A DNA stretch of 51,934 nucleotides from Pseudomonadota bacterium (GCA_043825735.1 JBDRRP010000020.1:1-51934), one strand, 5' to 3'. Positions 31,721 to 42,339 are shown, counted from the stretch's first letter. Numbers and translations: made by a program. Notes: generated by a model not told the origin, from the letters alone.

Positions 31721-33723
31721 ACGCCCCTCCTCTCGATCTGTACCAGAGGGACGATGAGTTCTTCGATAGAAGCGCCACCGTGACTGACTGTGCGTTGCGT
31801 TTCTTGAACAAAGGCCTGCCGGGGAGGAGCCAAAAGGGCAAGGTAGTCCTCGGGAAGACCAACGGAGCCCCATTCGAGCGCAGTTGGAAACCTTTCCTTC
31901 ACCTTGCTGCGAAGGATCTCGTCTGGATAGACACGGACGCGTTCTCCGCGCAGGTCAGCAACAACCCCTTCCGCAGGACGACCGCAACCTTCAGCCTCGA
32001 TGTTGCCATGGTCCGAGGTCAGGTAGACCCGGAATCCACTGTCCAGAAGCAGATATAGAAGGTCACCGAGATAAGGCTTCTTTGCCCACTGTCCGACCTG
32101 ATTGTGCATCCCGGCGGAACCCATTTCCATACCGTGCATGATCTTATCAACCTTGTCGACTACAAGCCCGGCGATTCTTACCTGTGGATGAGAGAGCGCC
32201 TCTGAAACGGATTCCAGACTGCGATCACCCAGCCCCTTAACGTACACCACTTGATTTGTTGTATAGCCGTGGTCCGCCCAGAACTGTGACCAAAGCGCCG
32301 GCTCCTTGCCCGTGGTGTGGATACTGTTCGGAAAAAAAATGGGTGCCTTGCCAGCAAAGGTGGCCTGGCGCGAAACAGAGGTGAGAGACGGAATCCACGC
32401 AAAAACGGCTTGGTCTCGGAAACGGAAACCGGGCTTCTTTGATGCGAGTGCACCACGAACCACCAACCACTGATCCATAGATAGACCATCCACCACGATC
32501 AAGGCAATCTTCGCGTACCGGTCGTTGTCCACCTGATAAGCAAGAAAGCGCGGGAGATGATGTAGCATCACCGGCGGCACCGGTGGGAGGTTGACCAAGC
32601 CTGCGTATCTCTTTAACAGCCAACCGGCAAATCCGGCATCCACCCGTGTCTGCAATTCCTCTGCGTGTTCGATCAATTCCCTGTCGACGGTATCGGGCAG
32701 CTCATTCAAGAGTAAAGTCAGCTCCGCCCAACCACGGGCAAAGTGGAACCACTCCGTGTGTTTTGCATCGTGGGCCGGAATAGCCATCTGAAGGCTCTCT
32801 ATTAGTTTGCCAAGTCGACGAGACCTATCCTCGATGGAAACAGTCTGGATACCGATGCCAACCCAGGTTTTGGATAAGGCATCAGCTTGGTCGTGGGGCA
32901 CTGAATGCAGCAGTCCCTCAACGAACAGATTATCGATATAGACACGAATGTCATCGTGGCCGAAGGGAAGATCGACAGGCCCCTCAATGGTCAGGCCGTA
33001 AGGCTTCCCATTATCATGGACACCTAATGATCCTTTGTTTGCTTCGCGGTCGAGAAAGATCGGCCAACGCTCTTGGAGGAAATTGAAGAAAGCCTCTCGG
33101 TCCGTCACCAATCGCTCCAACGGCCATTCGTTGAAATGGGTGCTTTGTTGTAGGATTTGGACGAACCGCTCATTGAGCGCCGTCGGGATGCGCTGGCCGC
33201 GATAATGGCGGCGCAGCAGCACCCGCAAAAGGTCCGATGACTGTTTAATCAACTCCGGAGCTATTCCAAAGACGTGTCTGAGAACGAACTCCTTGGTGGC
33301 GTTGTCGCCCAACTGGCCCGGGGCATGCCTTCTCTGAGCCTCATACAATGCATCGAGGTCCCCACGATCCAGGGCGGTCACGACCAGATAACTGAGGTTC
33401 GGGAAAATATCACCAAGATTGAAACTGAGCCTTCGACCGGCCTGAAGCAGATCGAAGGGCAATCCTACGAGGTCGCTGGCTTGGGAACGCAAGACGACCA
33501 CGAGGTCCGTGTGCTCGCCCCGGTCCCAGCGGGATCGAAACTTCGATTCATAGGCGTAGCGGAATGCGATATGATCTTCAAAGGGAATCAGCTCGAAGCC
33601 CCGTTCGCGAATACCTTCGAGAATTCCTTCTTCGAGTAAAAGCCCATCCGGGTCGGCCGCCAGGGTAAGCCGAGCGACCTTCGGTGTAAACTCCTTGAGA
33701 ATTTGATCGCGCCAGCTAATCAT
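31717..33723 (-). CDS. pglZ: BREX type 3 PglZ phosphatase-like protein
   Basis: DPDGLL N-terminus; VVDGLS, TSVSRQ, TSDHGN and SHGG alkaline-phosphatase-fold motifs. Confidence 0.92.
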   Translation of the reverse strand: MISWRDQILKEFTPKVARLTLAADPDGLLLEEGILEGIRERGFELIPFEDHIAFRYAYESKFRSRWDRGEHTDLVVVLRSQASDLVGLPFDLLQAGRRLSFNLGDIFPNLSYLVVTALDRGDLDALYEAQRRHAPGQLGDNATKEFVLRHVFGIAPELIKQSSDLLRVLLRRHYRGQRIPTALNERFVQILQQSTHFNEWPLERLVTDREAFFNFLQERWPIFLDREANKGSLGVHDNGKPYGLTIEGPVDLPFGHDDIRVYIDNLFVEGLLHSVPHDQADALSKTWVGIGIQTVSIEDRSRRLGKLIESLQMAIPAHDAKHTEWFHFARGWAELTLLLNELPDTVDRELIEHAEELQTRVDAGFAGWLLKRYAGLVNLPPVPPVMLHHLPRFLAYQVDNDRYAKIALIVVDGLSMDQWLVVRGALASKKPGFRFRDQAVFAWIPSLTSVSRQATFAGKAPIFFPNSIHTTGKEPALWSQFWADHGYTTNQVVYVKGLGDRSLESVSEALSHPQVRIAGLVVDKVDKIMHGMEMGSAGMHNQVGQWAKKPYLGDLLYLLLDSGFRVYLTSDHGNIEAEGCGRPAEGVVADLRGERVRVYPDEILRSKVKERFPTALEWGSVGLPEDYLALLAPPRQAFVQETQRTVSHGGASIEELIVPLVQIERRGV

Positions 33724-36556
33724 TGCCAACGCCCTCCACCCGGATTACAAGCAGTGGCACCATCTCGGGATAGGCATGGGCCTTCTGCTCAAGCTGCTCC
33801 TGGAAGCTTCGCTCTTCCTGGGCCAGAAGGTTTAGACGATAGTTGCGGACCTGGGGGAGGCCGATTCGCTCGGTGGCTCTGCGACGGGCGGCAAAAGCGT
33901 AATCGGCTTTTTCGCGTTCCCGAGAAATGCGTGCACTGTGCTCCTGCATGAGCGCTTCGTAGATGGGCCGTCCGTGTTCCTCCGCAACGCTCGCCAACTG
34001 CTCGCAAGTAGCTTTCGAGACCGAGGCTCCCAAAACAGAGCGAACTTGCGTAGTTGTCGCAAGGAACTGATCCCACAAGTGCCTGGCCGTCGGCATGTAG
34101 ACCATGCCGTTGTCAGCCAGAAAGAGAGGCATGATCCTGCGGCGATTCCACTCCATGGAGGCGATGGCGATCCGCCACAAAGACCATATGCCGTGGACTT
34201 CGTCAGCGATACCGGAGATCGATACCACCGGGACCGGCTGACCTGGAACGAAACGGGCAACCCGCATAGCCAGACCGCGCACTCTCGGTTCTTCGAGGGT
34301 AAGGTGCCGTGCGGTTGGAAGTCTTTCGGCTTCCTTGCCGCTGAATACCACGTTCTCGTATGTTTCACCGTCAGGCCAGGTGAGGTTCCAGCTCTGGCTC
34401 TTCCTCTTGGCTTTGCCGCCATGAGCCTTAAGATAACTCACGGTCATGCTCTCCACCCAATGGGGCATGGGGTGGGTCAGTAGACGTTGGGCTTCGCCGG
34501 GTTCCAGGTCCTCGGTCGCGCCGAGAACAGAGGCCGTGTTTCGCGCTTCGCGAGCCTGCTCCTGCAAACTGGCAACAACGTTCTCCACTGAGTCCTCCAC
34601 CTTTTCGGGATTGAGGATCGCTTCGACATACATCTCGTCGAACATATGGCCCGCTTGGGCCGAATCGAGGACATCACCGGTCTTGTCGATGCCGAACTCC
34701 TCGAAGATTACAGCGAGTTTCTGCTCAAGTACTTCCCTGACGCGGTGCTCGACCGAATCTTCAAAAACGAAATTGACCGCGCGAACGATATGAGACTGTC
34801 CAATGCGATCCACTCGGCCGATCCGCTGTTCCAGGCGCATCGGGTTCCAAGGAATGTCATAGTTTATCACTACATGGCAGAATTGCAGGTTCAAACCTTC
34901 ACCGCCGGCATCGGTTGAGATAAGGATACGAGTACCTTTGGCAAAGGCTTCCTGGACCCGCTTGCGTTCATCCATACCCATGGAACCATTCAGACAGACC
35001 ACAGAGAACCCTCGGTCGGTCAAGAATTGACGCAGCATCTCCTGGGTAGGCACGAACTCGGTGAACACCAGAGCTTTAAGTTCCAGGTCCCCTTCTTCAG
35101 ACTGTAGGCGGTAGAGCCAATCGAGCATCGCCTCAGCTTTGGCGTCAGGACCGACTTGCTCGCAACGGGTGGCGGCATCCAACAGCAATTTGACCTCTGC
35201 GCGCTCGTTTTTAAGTGCCTTGAGCCGAGTGCGAAGCAGCATGTCTACCTGCTCTTGGGCGTCCAGGTCTGCCCATTCCTCCTCTGAGGTGAGTTGGAAC
35301 AAGGTCAGTTGCTCCTGTGGTGCGACGAGCGCTTCGAGCCGCCTTTCAAGCGTAGTGCGGATGGCACTCGTGCTGGAAACCACCAGGCGCTGCATCAGGA
35401 TCATCAGGAAACCGATGTAGCTTCGCTTCTCCCGCATGGCCTGGTTGTAACCTTCGCGCACGTATCCAGTTACCGCCTCATAGAGGAGTTGCTGGTTGCG
35501 ATGACGCTCCTCCCAGGAGACCGGAGCAAGTTGTGTTCGCCGGGGCTTGAACAGCGGTCTCCCCTCGGCATCAATAGCGCGACGTTTCTCGGTGCGGATC
35601 ACATATGGCTGGACCCTTTCGCGTGTGACGCTACTGATATCCGGAAACTCCTGGGCGTCGATCAAGGACACCAGCCGGTGAAAGGCGTCGGTCTTTCCTT
35701 GGTGCGGAGTTGCCGAAAGTAGCAGGAAATAAGGAGCAGCCTCAGCGAGGCCCTGGCCCAGCTTGAAACGGGCTACCTGATCGGTGCTGCCCCCAAGTCG
35801 GTGCGCTTCGTCCACAATTATTAAGTCCCAACCGGCGGAGATCAGACCCTCGAACCGCTCGCGATTGTATTCGCCAACTTGGGCTGCGCTCCATCCACGA
35901 CGCTTATCCATGGGCTTGACCGAATCCATGGGCACGACCGCCTGTGAGAACATCTGCCAAGCATTGGCGGGCAGCGCTTCTGAAACATGATTCACTTTGT
36001 CCCCGTTTTCCTGCCTGGATGCCAGGGAGATCCGTTTTAGCGTCTTGATATCCTCGGGGAGTACAAGCTGGAAAGTCTCGCCGAAGTGAAAGCGCATTTC
36101 GCTAACCCACTGACTCACTATCCCTTTCGGGGCGATGACGAGCGTCCGTTTGACCAGTCCTCGCAGCTTCAGCTCCCGCTGTATAAGACCGGCTTCGATG
36201 GTTTTTCCCAGGCCTACCTCGTCTGCCAGGAGATAGCGTACCCGGTCATTTGCGATGGCACGGGACAGGGCCCTGATCTGGTGTGGAAGCGGGATAACTG
36301 AGGACTCGATAGGTGCTAACAGGACGTCTTGAGTCAGAGCGTCGGCCACCCTTGCGGCTGCGGCGATATAGGTGATATCGTCACCGGTACCCGTTCCAAA
36401 ATTCTCCAAAGATGCGAGCCTGGATGCAGGGACGCAGACCACCGAATCGCTACCGGGCAGCCATACCCGGCAGGTCGTCTCGCCCCAAAGCGTCTGGATC
36501 TCGATGACTTGGCAAAGTTGCCTGTGCTCGATGCTGTATCGCCACTCTCCGACCAC
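33716..36556 (-). CDS. brxHII: BREX SNF2-family helicase BrxHII
   Basis: LLADEVGLGKTIEAG, DEAH, SATP, GEGLNLQ and EQRIGRVDRIGQ. Probable GTG start at 36556 after GGAG (ORF open from 36607). Confidence 0.9.
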   Translation of the reverse strand: MVGEWRYSIEHRQLCQVIEIQTLWGETTCRVWLPGSDSVVCVPASRLASLENFGTGTGDDITYIAAAARVADALTQDVLLAPIESSVIPLPHQIRALSRAIANDRVRYLLADEVGLGKTIEAGLIQRELKLRGLVKRTLVIAPKGIVSQWVSEMRFHFGETFQLVLPEDIKTLKRISLASRQENGDKVNHVSEALPANAWQMFSQAVVPMDSVKPMDKRRGWSAAQVGEYNRERFEGLISAGWDLIIVDEAHRLGGSTDQVARFKLGQGLAEAAPYFLLLSATPHQGKTDAFHRLVSLIDAQEFPDISSVTRERVQPYVIRTEKRRAIDAEGRPLFKPRRTQLAPVSWEERHRNQQLLYEAVTGYVREGYNQAMREKRSYIGFLMILMQRLVVSSTSAIRTTLERRLEALVAPQEQLTLFQLTSEEEWADLDAQEQVDMLLRTRLKALKNERAEVKLLLDAATRCEQVGPDAKAEAMLDWLYRLQSEEGDLELKALVFTEFVPTQEMLRQFLTDRGFSVVCLNGSMGMDERKRVQEAFAKGTRILISTDAGGEGLNLQFCHVVINYDIPWNPMRLEQRIGRVDRIGQSHIVRAVNFVFEDSVEHRVREVLEQKLAVIFEEFGIDKTGDVLDSAQAGHMFDEMYVEAILNPEKVEDSVENVVASLQEQAREARNTASVLGATEDLEPGEAQRLLTHPMPHWVESMTVSYLKAHGGKAKRKSQSWNLTWPDGETYENVVFSGKEAERLPTARHLTLEEPRVRGLAMRVARFVPGQPVPVVSISGIADEVHGIWSLWRIAIASMEWNRRRIMPLFLADNGMVYMPTARHLWDQFLATTTQVRSVLGASVSKATCEQLASVAEEHGRPIYEALMQEHSARISREREKADYAFAARRRATERIGLPQVRNYRLNLLAQEERSFQEQLEQKAHAYPEMVPLLVIRVEGVGND

Positions 36557-36563
36557 GTCTGTA

Positions 36564-37604
36564 TCACTCCGGTATCGAAAAGTCGTTATGCACTGCGACG
36601 GATGCAATCTCTATCGCGCCATCCTCACATTGCCAGTAGTGCAAGTGGTATTGGTAGTCGATATCGCGGCGCATTGCCCCATCGCCTCTACGCATTCGCT
36701 GAGGGGCACCTCCGCCGGGGCCAGTTCGCAGAGCATGGGTATCCGCAAGGCTGGTTCTCTCCAGGGTTTCCACAATGGCTCGAAGCACCTTGAGCGTGAG
36801 CTGTTTGGTGGGGCTAAGTGCTTGCATGAGCACACGGAAGGAACGACCGATGCGATGGCGCGGAACGTCGTCCCAATCGGGAGCCAGCCGATTCGTCAGG
36901 CGGCACTTGTAGAGTGCCACGCGGATTGCAGTTTCCACACCTACATCGTCCCTGGCTCGTAGCAAGATCGCCGATTCGTCCAAGCATTCGACCAAGCCTT
37001 TGAAGTCATCACAAATTAGCACATCTCCCTCAAAGTACTCTGGATGGAGTGGCAGCGCGTTAAGGTCGGTTCTGTCGTGCTCTAATTCGGAAATCTGTGC
37101 GCGGACCCGAAGGGTTCTGCTGTCAGTGTTCCTCAAAATAAGCGAATGCTCGTGAGTTTCCTGTGGACAATGCGCGCGCAGAACGGCGATCAAGACAACG
37201 CATCGCGCTAAATCGGAGCGCAGTCCGTTGCCCATGCACAAGCGGAGAAGGTCTGGCTCCAGGCTCAGGCTCTCTGTCAGTACATCCCTGATGGAGAAGA
37301 AGGTCTCGAACGATGGTGTCAATTGGAGAAGACGGTCCACGACAGCGGCCACCGTGTTGACATCGTACTCGACGATTCCTTGCGCGTCGAACAACCGCTT
37401 CAGCCTATCGCGCAGAGGATACAAGCCATCCGCAAATAGGGATTCCGATGCTCGCTCGCTCATGTAAATGGCAACCCAAGGCTCCTCAAGAAGCTTAGAC
37501 CAGTCCAAAAGTGTTTCGACGTAGCAGTGTGCGTCACCTTCTGCGCCGTTCTGCACGGGAACGGAAAGGACGCCGGCATCGATGGTAACGCTCGCGGCTG
37601 TCAC
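36564..37604 (-). CDS. Unknown 346-aa protein, candidate effector with a possible RelE/BECR-like RNase C-terminus
   Basis: GTG overlaps the ATPase stop (GTGA). C-terminus THALRTG...RRDIDYQYHLHYW...IEIASVAVH. The fold call is an inference. Confidence 0.65.
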   Translation of the reverse strand: MTAASVTIDAGVLSVPVQNGAEGDAHCYVETLLDWSKLLEEPWVAIYMSERASESLFADGLYPLRDRLKRLFDAQGIVEYDVNTVAAVVDRLLQLTPSFETFFSIRDVLTESLSLEPDLLRLCMGNGLRSDLARCVVLIAVLRAHCPQETHEHSLILRNTDSRTLRVRAQISELEHDRTDLNALPLHPEYFEGDVLICDDFKGLVECLDESAILLRARDDVGVETAIRVALYKCRLTNRLAPDWDDVPRHRIGRSFRVLMQALSPTKQLTLKVLRAIVETLERTSLADTHALRTGPGGGAPQRMRRGDGAMRRDIDYQYHLHYWQCEDGAIEIASVAVHNDFSIPE

Positions 37605-39529
37605 GGCCGATTCCCCCTCTTAGCCCTGCTCTTGGATGCTGCCGCGCGAAGGATTGCCTCGGTCTCTCGCTGGCCCTGGTCAAAGAAACCCTCCGGCCAG
37701 TCCAGAATCGCACCGAACTCGTTGATGTTCACTTCTCGGAAGGAGGATTCCTGGCCGGTCTTCTCCACGAAGTAGACCTTCACTGCCTCTACCCAGGGGT
37801 TCGACTTCACGGCGGCAGCGGCACGGAACCGGATGCGGTTTATGAGGTACTCGCTGTGCGTCTCGATCACGCACTGCTTCCCCAGCTGAGTCATGGACAG
37901 GAAGAAATCAGCAAGGAGCGTCTGTACCTTAGGGTGCAGATGAAGCTCCGGCTGCTCGAAGATGAGCGTCGTATCGGAATCGGCAAGGAGGCTGGCTACG
38001 AGTATCGGGAGCACTTGACTAACGCCCACCCCAACGTGGGTGAGGTCGTGCGGACGCTTGCTACCAGAGATACTGACGGTGAGTTCGTGTCCAAACTTAC
38101 CCTTGTCGTGGCTCTCTACGTGATCGGCAACGCCAAGGTATTGGAGCCAATCGATGACCGCCGTCTCAAGAGATCGTGTTGCGGGTTTAAGCTGGATTTC
38201 GGACCCAGCAAAGGCAGACGTTGGGATGTACCGCACCTGATGGTTCTTATGAAGTTCAAGCACGGCTGCCGTATGTTCGCCCTTGAGGCCCACGTCCAAA
38301 GGGTCTGCAGTGGCCGATAGCGGATAAAGTGACTTAGGTTCGTCGCGCAGGGGTCCCAGATAACGAAGAGATGTAGAGAAAAACTGGTCGGTATACCTTA
38401 TCGCCCAGGCAATAGGATCTGGGGCAGGTAATTGCACAACTGCAGGCTCTTCAGTCCTCCCCTCACGTAGTGCTCGGACCGAATCCTTCACAATCTGTCC
38501 GAAGGCATCATCCTCCATTAGCTTCTTACGGAGTTCTGCCCGTGTTCGAGGAATCAACCTTCTCAGTGCATCGTTCAGTTGTTCCAGACGGATCGCCTGT
38601 TCACCAAACAAGCTCTGCTGTTCCTTCCCCTCCAGTCTGCAAGACAATGTCATTCGGGCATCCTTATCCCCACCTATTTCGTCGGCAAACTGCAAAATCC
38701 TCTCGATGACAGGAGCCGGAACGATGACCCGACGGTCCAAGTACATCCTCCTCTGGTAGCCTCGTGGACCTTCGCCGCCGAGGACGTTGAGGATCGCGTG
38801 GGCATCTTCGGCTACCATATCTACGCCAAAGGCTAACCGTTTAGGAAGAAAGTGCCGGAGCACACAACCAACAGGCTGCGCTGAAGCAAAGTCCTCCTGA
38901 ATCTCCTCTAAGGACTCAGCATCCATTTCCACAGCGTATTGAAGACTACGTCGAGCAAGTGGATCTTCCTCCATAGCCGCATCGATCCATTTTCGTTTTG
39001 CCTCGTCGTCTTGAATGGCTGATCGGCGTATGGTTATGTGGGACTTACGATCGCCAGACTCAGGATCGCGCGTCGTAACGGACAGTTGCGAAGAAAATAA
39101 CAGCGGTTGAATCTGAGCGATCTCCCGTTGTGCCTCTCCGCCCTTGGCATCGAAGGCGATCTCGCATGAGATGTCGGCCATTGATTGCCTGCCGCGCATT
39201 AGGTGATAAGGCAGACGCCGGAAGCTATACATGGGAGTTTCCACGAAATCACGAGGTGGTCGGCAGGTCCAGCCGATGACGATCTGGTCCGCGTCGCTCT
39301 CAGCCGTCTTGAGGTCGTCAAACTGTCCCAAGCGGGCGAGCGCGCCGTTGAGAACCACGGATCGGGAGCTTACCTTGTGGGCCAGGGTCTGGGCTACGAG
39401 GAGTATAGACTGTAGCAAGGTGCTCTTTCCGCTGCTGTTGGCTCCGGCAAAGATCGTGAGCGGCTCAAGATCCAAGTCCGTCTCGTTGCGGACCGACTTG
39501 AAGTTGAACAGTTTCCATTGCGTGATCAT
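37601..39529 (-). CDS. ABC-type (AAA_15/AAA_21) ATPase with DUF3696-like C-terminus
   Basis: NFKS, Walker A GANSSGKS, GVGVSQVLP signature, FEQPELHLHP, ETHS and WPEGFFDQ; ATG overlaps the pglXI stop. Confidence 0.88.
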   Translation of the reverse strand: MITQWKLFNFKSVRNETDLDLEPLTIFAGANSSGKSTLLQSILLVAQTLAHKVSSRSVVLNGALARLGQFDDLKTAESDADQIVIGWTCRPPRDFVETPMYSFRRLPYHLMRGRQSMADISCEIAFDAKGGEAQREIAQIQPLLFSSQLSVTTRDPESGDRKSHITIRRSAIQDDEAKRKWIDAAMEEDPLARRSLQYAVEMDAESLEEIQEDFASAQPVGCVLRHFLPKRLAFGVDMVAEDAHAILNVLGGEGPRGYQRRMYLDRRVIVPAPVIERILQFADEIGGDKDARMTLSCRLEGKEQQSLFGEQAIRLEQLNDALRRLIPRTRAELRKKLMEDDAFGQIVKDSVRALREGRTEEPAVVQLPAPDPIAWAIRYTDQFFSTSLRYLGPLRDEPKSLYPLSATADPLDVGLKGEHTAAVLELHKNHQVRYIPTSAFAGSEIQLKPATRSLETAVIDWLQYLGVADHVESHDKGKFGHELTVSISGSKRPHDLTHVGVGVSQVLPILVASLLADSDTTLIFEQPELHLHPKVQTLLADFFLSMTQLGKQCVIETHSEYLINRIRFRAAAAVKSNPWVEAVKVYFVEKTGQESSFREVNINEFGAILDWPEGFFDQGQRETEAILRAAASKSRAKRGNRP

Positions 39530-42339
39530 GCGTCCTCTCCGCTTCTAGTTAGTGCTTGGTCATACCACATAAGCAACTTAGCATCTTCTTGAAGCACTTT
39601 TTCGGGTATCTTGCGGGCCACGGCAATGATCGTGACGTAGTCGCGCTCTTGCCATGCCTTCTTAAACCCGGTCCGCACGGCCTCCAAGCGGAACACTTTT
39701 AGGCGTTTCTGTTTGGATTCGCGGTATTCCGCGAACTCGCGCATCAAGGCTCTTTCACGTAGTTTCTCTAAGTCCCCAGACTTGTTAGGATCTACGACGT
39801 ACCAGCGGTCCTTGGCTTTGGCCTTGAGCAATGGATCGTCCTTTTCCAAATTGCGAAATTCCTTGAAGTTTGATGACAGATAGCTGTGGATCTGGCCGGG
39901 CACATTGCCCTTGCCGTCATAGCGCAGGAAGCTCTGCTCAAGCAATACATCAAGCTCAAGCATCTTTTCGTTCTTTTGCCAAGCACCAATTTCCTGCATG
40001 AATTTTGGCTTCAAGTCACCTGCCGTTTGCGGCTTTTTTGTGAGTTTTTGCTTGAGCCACTGAATGGCCGATTCCTCGTCAGATACGAATATCTGAAGCT
40101 GGAGAACCTCCCTAACCGTCATGCGCTTCTTGTCATATTCGGCGGCTTGATCCGGCAGGAAATACATACCGTCACGTGGCGGAAAACGTTGCTCCAACCC
40201 AGCATAGAATTCAGCGGCAGATAACGGAATAGTAGTCTCTCGTTGGACGTAAAACGCGACCATACGATCAAAGAGGAGGTAGCTTTGTCGTTCGGCGATT
40301 ACCTCGGCTTGACCGTCTTTAGAAACAAATACCGGGAGCTGCTTAAGGTGGGTTCGAACAAAATCCCACACACCATCCTCTGTTCCTGCGGTCAGCTTGA
40401 AACGTTCCTCGAGGCCGCTGTTAGGTTTATAGGCAGAGATGATTAAATCTTGCTTTACCGTTGAAGCAAGGGAAAGTTGCTTAGTTGTTCCTTTCTTTTT
40501 GTCGAGTACTCGAACATCACTAACCACAAAGCCAGCTCTCAGCATTGCTTCCTGAATGGCAGCCCACACAGCATTTTGAGAATTATGAAATTCAACTGTA
40601 ATCCATCGGCCAGGTTTTAGAATTCGAAAAGATTCGTTAAAGCATAATTCCATAAGCTCTTGATAGTTTTTTAGGCTTTTATTCTGGGGCACATTGATAA
40701 CTGCCTCAGGCATATCGTTTGTGCGTACTTTTAGCCAAGCCTCATTAAGAAGATTTAACTCTGAATACTGAATGTTGAAACCAAACGGAGGGTCAGTAAA
40801 TATGTAATCAACTGAATTCGATTTAATTCGTATATTGTTTGCGGAGCCAGTAGTAATGGCGCATTTATTAGCGTTAGGGATTGTAACACCGGAATACCTT
40901 TTGCGTTTTTCTTCACAAAAATAGAATGGAGATATCTCAACCCATAATGGGCTCACATATAACGTACCCGACATAGGGCCAACGTGTCGATTATGTTTTG
41001 GAATATACCTATTCATTCTGTGGAGTCGACTATGAGTTGAAGTGAACCATGACATAAGGAAATGGGCTAACCTCTTGTCAACATTCTCGTCCGCAATCAT
41101 TTCCCAAATCCTGCATAGAAGTAACAAGTTTCTATTAGTGAAGAAGTGGTGAACATATGTTATCCCTTTTGCTTTCAGAGCGTCACGTCGCCAACGATCT
41201 CCGTGAGGGAGTTCCAATACTGGAATGTTCATTTCCTTCAGACGCTTGTCCACCTCTTCAAGGACAGCAAGATCTTCTTGCATAGGTATCTTGGTGAATC
41301 GTTTTGTGCCGACCTTATAATGTATTCGGACAGGGACCCACTTTAGTTGGCGAATAGATCGGCCAAGTAAAGTATCATACACTGTTTCATAAACTCTTTT
41401 AGGTGTACGAGAGTTTAATTCAGCTCCACATTTAGGGCATATCATTTCGCTTCTGTAATTGTCTGTCTCGTCGGTAATTAAATCCCAGTATGTTGAAAAA
41501 TCTCCACAATTACTGCATGAGTGAACTTCAGACCATATCGTATAGACTATTTCACCTTTAGTCGAAGCATCAATATCCGTTTCATAGGTAAATCCAAGTT
41601 CTTGTTTAAGTTTCCTTAATATACTTTTTGAAAGCTTTTTAAAATCATCAGTTGACACCGTCTTGTTGCAGTTGTGAGCAATAAATGTTGCTATAGTCGA
41701 CAAGTCGTTCAAAACTGCACAACGATTGCCGAGGGAAGAAAAAGGAAGCCAACTCATATTCCCGTTGTCTCCGACTGCCTGATGATAGATTGAACCATCT
41801 TTCTCTACTCGGTACCCAAGAGATCTAATTGTTGCCTTATCACCGCACATTTGGGCCGCCACACCCGTCATTCCAGTTCCACAGAACCCATCATAGACTA
41901 CATCACCTGGCTCGGTGTAGTGCAGTATGTAACGCATGATAGCCCTATGCGGGACTTTTGTGTGATAAGAGTGAGTATTATAGATTGGGTCGTTTTTTCC
42001 CTCACTAACATCCGCTGCAAAAGGTTCCCGGCAATAGTCATCAGTAACTGAGTCATAAGGCTGCCCATAGTGTTTGATGAAATCCTCAATAAACGGATTC
42101 GGGCAGGCTGTGTAATACGGAGGATCGGACAAGGACAGGATGTCTTCATCCTCACCAATCGGGAATCCCTCGATCTTGCGAAACACCGGGTCCTTGAGTT
42201 TCTCGCGTAGCTTGTCCAGGAAATATCCACGGCGTTTCTCGTCGCTTTCGAATGTCATCTCGAGACACTCTACCGGCCCCTGCGGCTTGGCTGCAGGCTC
42301 CAAGTCGAATTGGTTTTGTTCGTGGTAGTCTTTGGCCAT
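39526..42339 (-). CDS. pglXI: BREX type 3 DNA methyltransferase PglXI
   Basis: HSYHTKVP, motif I DGFCGTGMT, motif IV DPPF and a CxxC...CxxC ribbon; follows brxC. Confidence 0.9.
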   Translation of the reverse strand: MAKDYHEQNQFDLEPAAKPQGPVECLEMTFESDEKRRGYFLDKLREKLKDPVFRKIEGFPIGEDEDILSLSDPPYYTACPNPFIEDFIKHYGQPYDSVTDDYCREPFAADVSEGKNDPIYNTHSYHTKVPHRAIMRYILHYTEPGDVVYDGFCGTGMTGVAAQMCGDKATIRSLGYRVEKDGSIYHQAVGDNGNMSWLPFSSLGNRCAVLNDLSTIATFIAHNCNKTVSTDDFKKLSKSILRKLKQELGFTYETDIDASTKGEIVYTIWSEVHSCSNCGDFSTYWDLITDETDNYRSEMICPKCGAELNSRTPKRVYETVYDTLLGRSIRQLKWVPVRIHYKVGTKRFTKIPMQEDLAVLEEVDKRLKEMNIPVLELPHGDRWRRDALKAKGITYVHHFFTNRNLLLLCRIWEMIADENVDKRLAHFLMSWFTSTHSRLHRMNRYIPKHNRHVGPMSGTLYVSPLWVEISPFYFCEEKRKRYSGVTIPNANKCAITTGSANNIRIKSNSVDYIFTDPPFGFNIQYSELNLLNEAWLKVRTNDMPEAVINVPQNKSLKNYQELMELCFNESFRILKPGRWITVEFHNSQNAVWAAIQEAMLRAGFVVSDVRVLDKKKGTTKQLSLASTVKQDLIISAYKPNSGLEERFKLTAGTEDGVWDFVRTHLKQLPVFVSKDGQAEVIAERQSYLLFDRMVAFYVQRETTIPLSAAEFYAGLEQRFPPRDGMYFLPDQAAEYDKKRMTVREVLQLQIFVSDEESAIQWLKQKLTKKPQTAGDLKPKFMQEIGAWQKNEKMLELDVLLEQSFLRYDGKGNVPGQIHSYLSSNFKEFRNLEKDDPLLKAKAKDRWYVVDPNKSGDLEKLRERALMREFAEYRESKQKRLKVFRLEAVRTGFKKAWQERDYVTIIAVARKIPEKVLQEDAKLLMWYDQALTRSGEDA

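Noticed and set aside
36564..39529. Calling the inserted pair PARIS, Septu or complete Menshen
   Set aside because: I see no TOPRIM or HNH motifs in the partner and no DUF262 gene; naming it would need HMM searches.
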